64,000 bases of DNA from IMG/VR virus record IMGVR_UViG_3300025887_000010, positions 1 to 64,000 of that record. One strand, written 5' to 3'. The DNA is from a virus. A model generated the notes under the pieces. It ran no database searches. It had not been told where the DNA came from and saw nothing but the letters and a program-made list of their open reading frames with translations. Shown piece by piece: positions 64,000 to 64,000 of the stretch. Made by a program: the position numbers and the translations under genes. Numbering within the stretch: position 1 is the stretch's first letter; each line of letters begins with the position of its first letter.

Positions 64000-64000
64000 T

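Overview
A 64 kb segment of a lytic T4-superfamily myovirus genome, probably infecting an alphaproteobacterium (GapR-like gene, SleB-type hydrolase, PagP-like barrel). Nearly all genes are on the minus strand and the order is strongly shuffled relative to T4. It holds head genes (gp20, gp21, gp22, gp23, gp67-like, gp2, gp16), neck/tail/baseplate genes (gp13, gp14, gp15, gp3, gp6, gp25, gp27-like, gp29-like, a gp5 split over two genes), replication and recombination genes (gp61, gp45, gp46/47, gp32, gp30, UvsW, UvsY, RuvC-like, gp59-like), late transcription (gp55, gp33), nucleotide metabolism (td, frd, dNMP kinase, MazG-like NTP-PPase, dCMP deaminase fused to an acyl carrier protein) and spanins. 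Main highlight: a seemingly complete cytosine hypermodification pathway. A T4 gp42-type dCMP hydroxymethylase and two GT-B glycosyltransferases occur with phage-encoded GalU, GalE and UDP-galactopyranose mutase, which suggests galactofuranosylated 5hmC, possibly O-methylated by an FkbM-like enzyme. Non-coding highlights: 24 near-identical minus-strand early promoters (TGTACA-N17-TATAAT type), a variant late promoter (YAAAATA), and three copies of an unexplained quasi-palindromic intergenic element with a TTGA-N14-TCAA core. All protein calls come from motif recognition by eye; no database searches were run.
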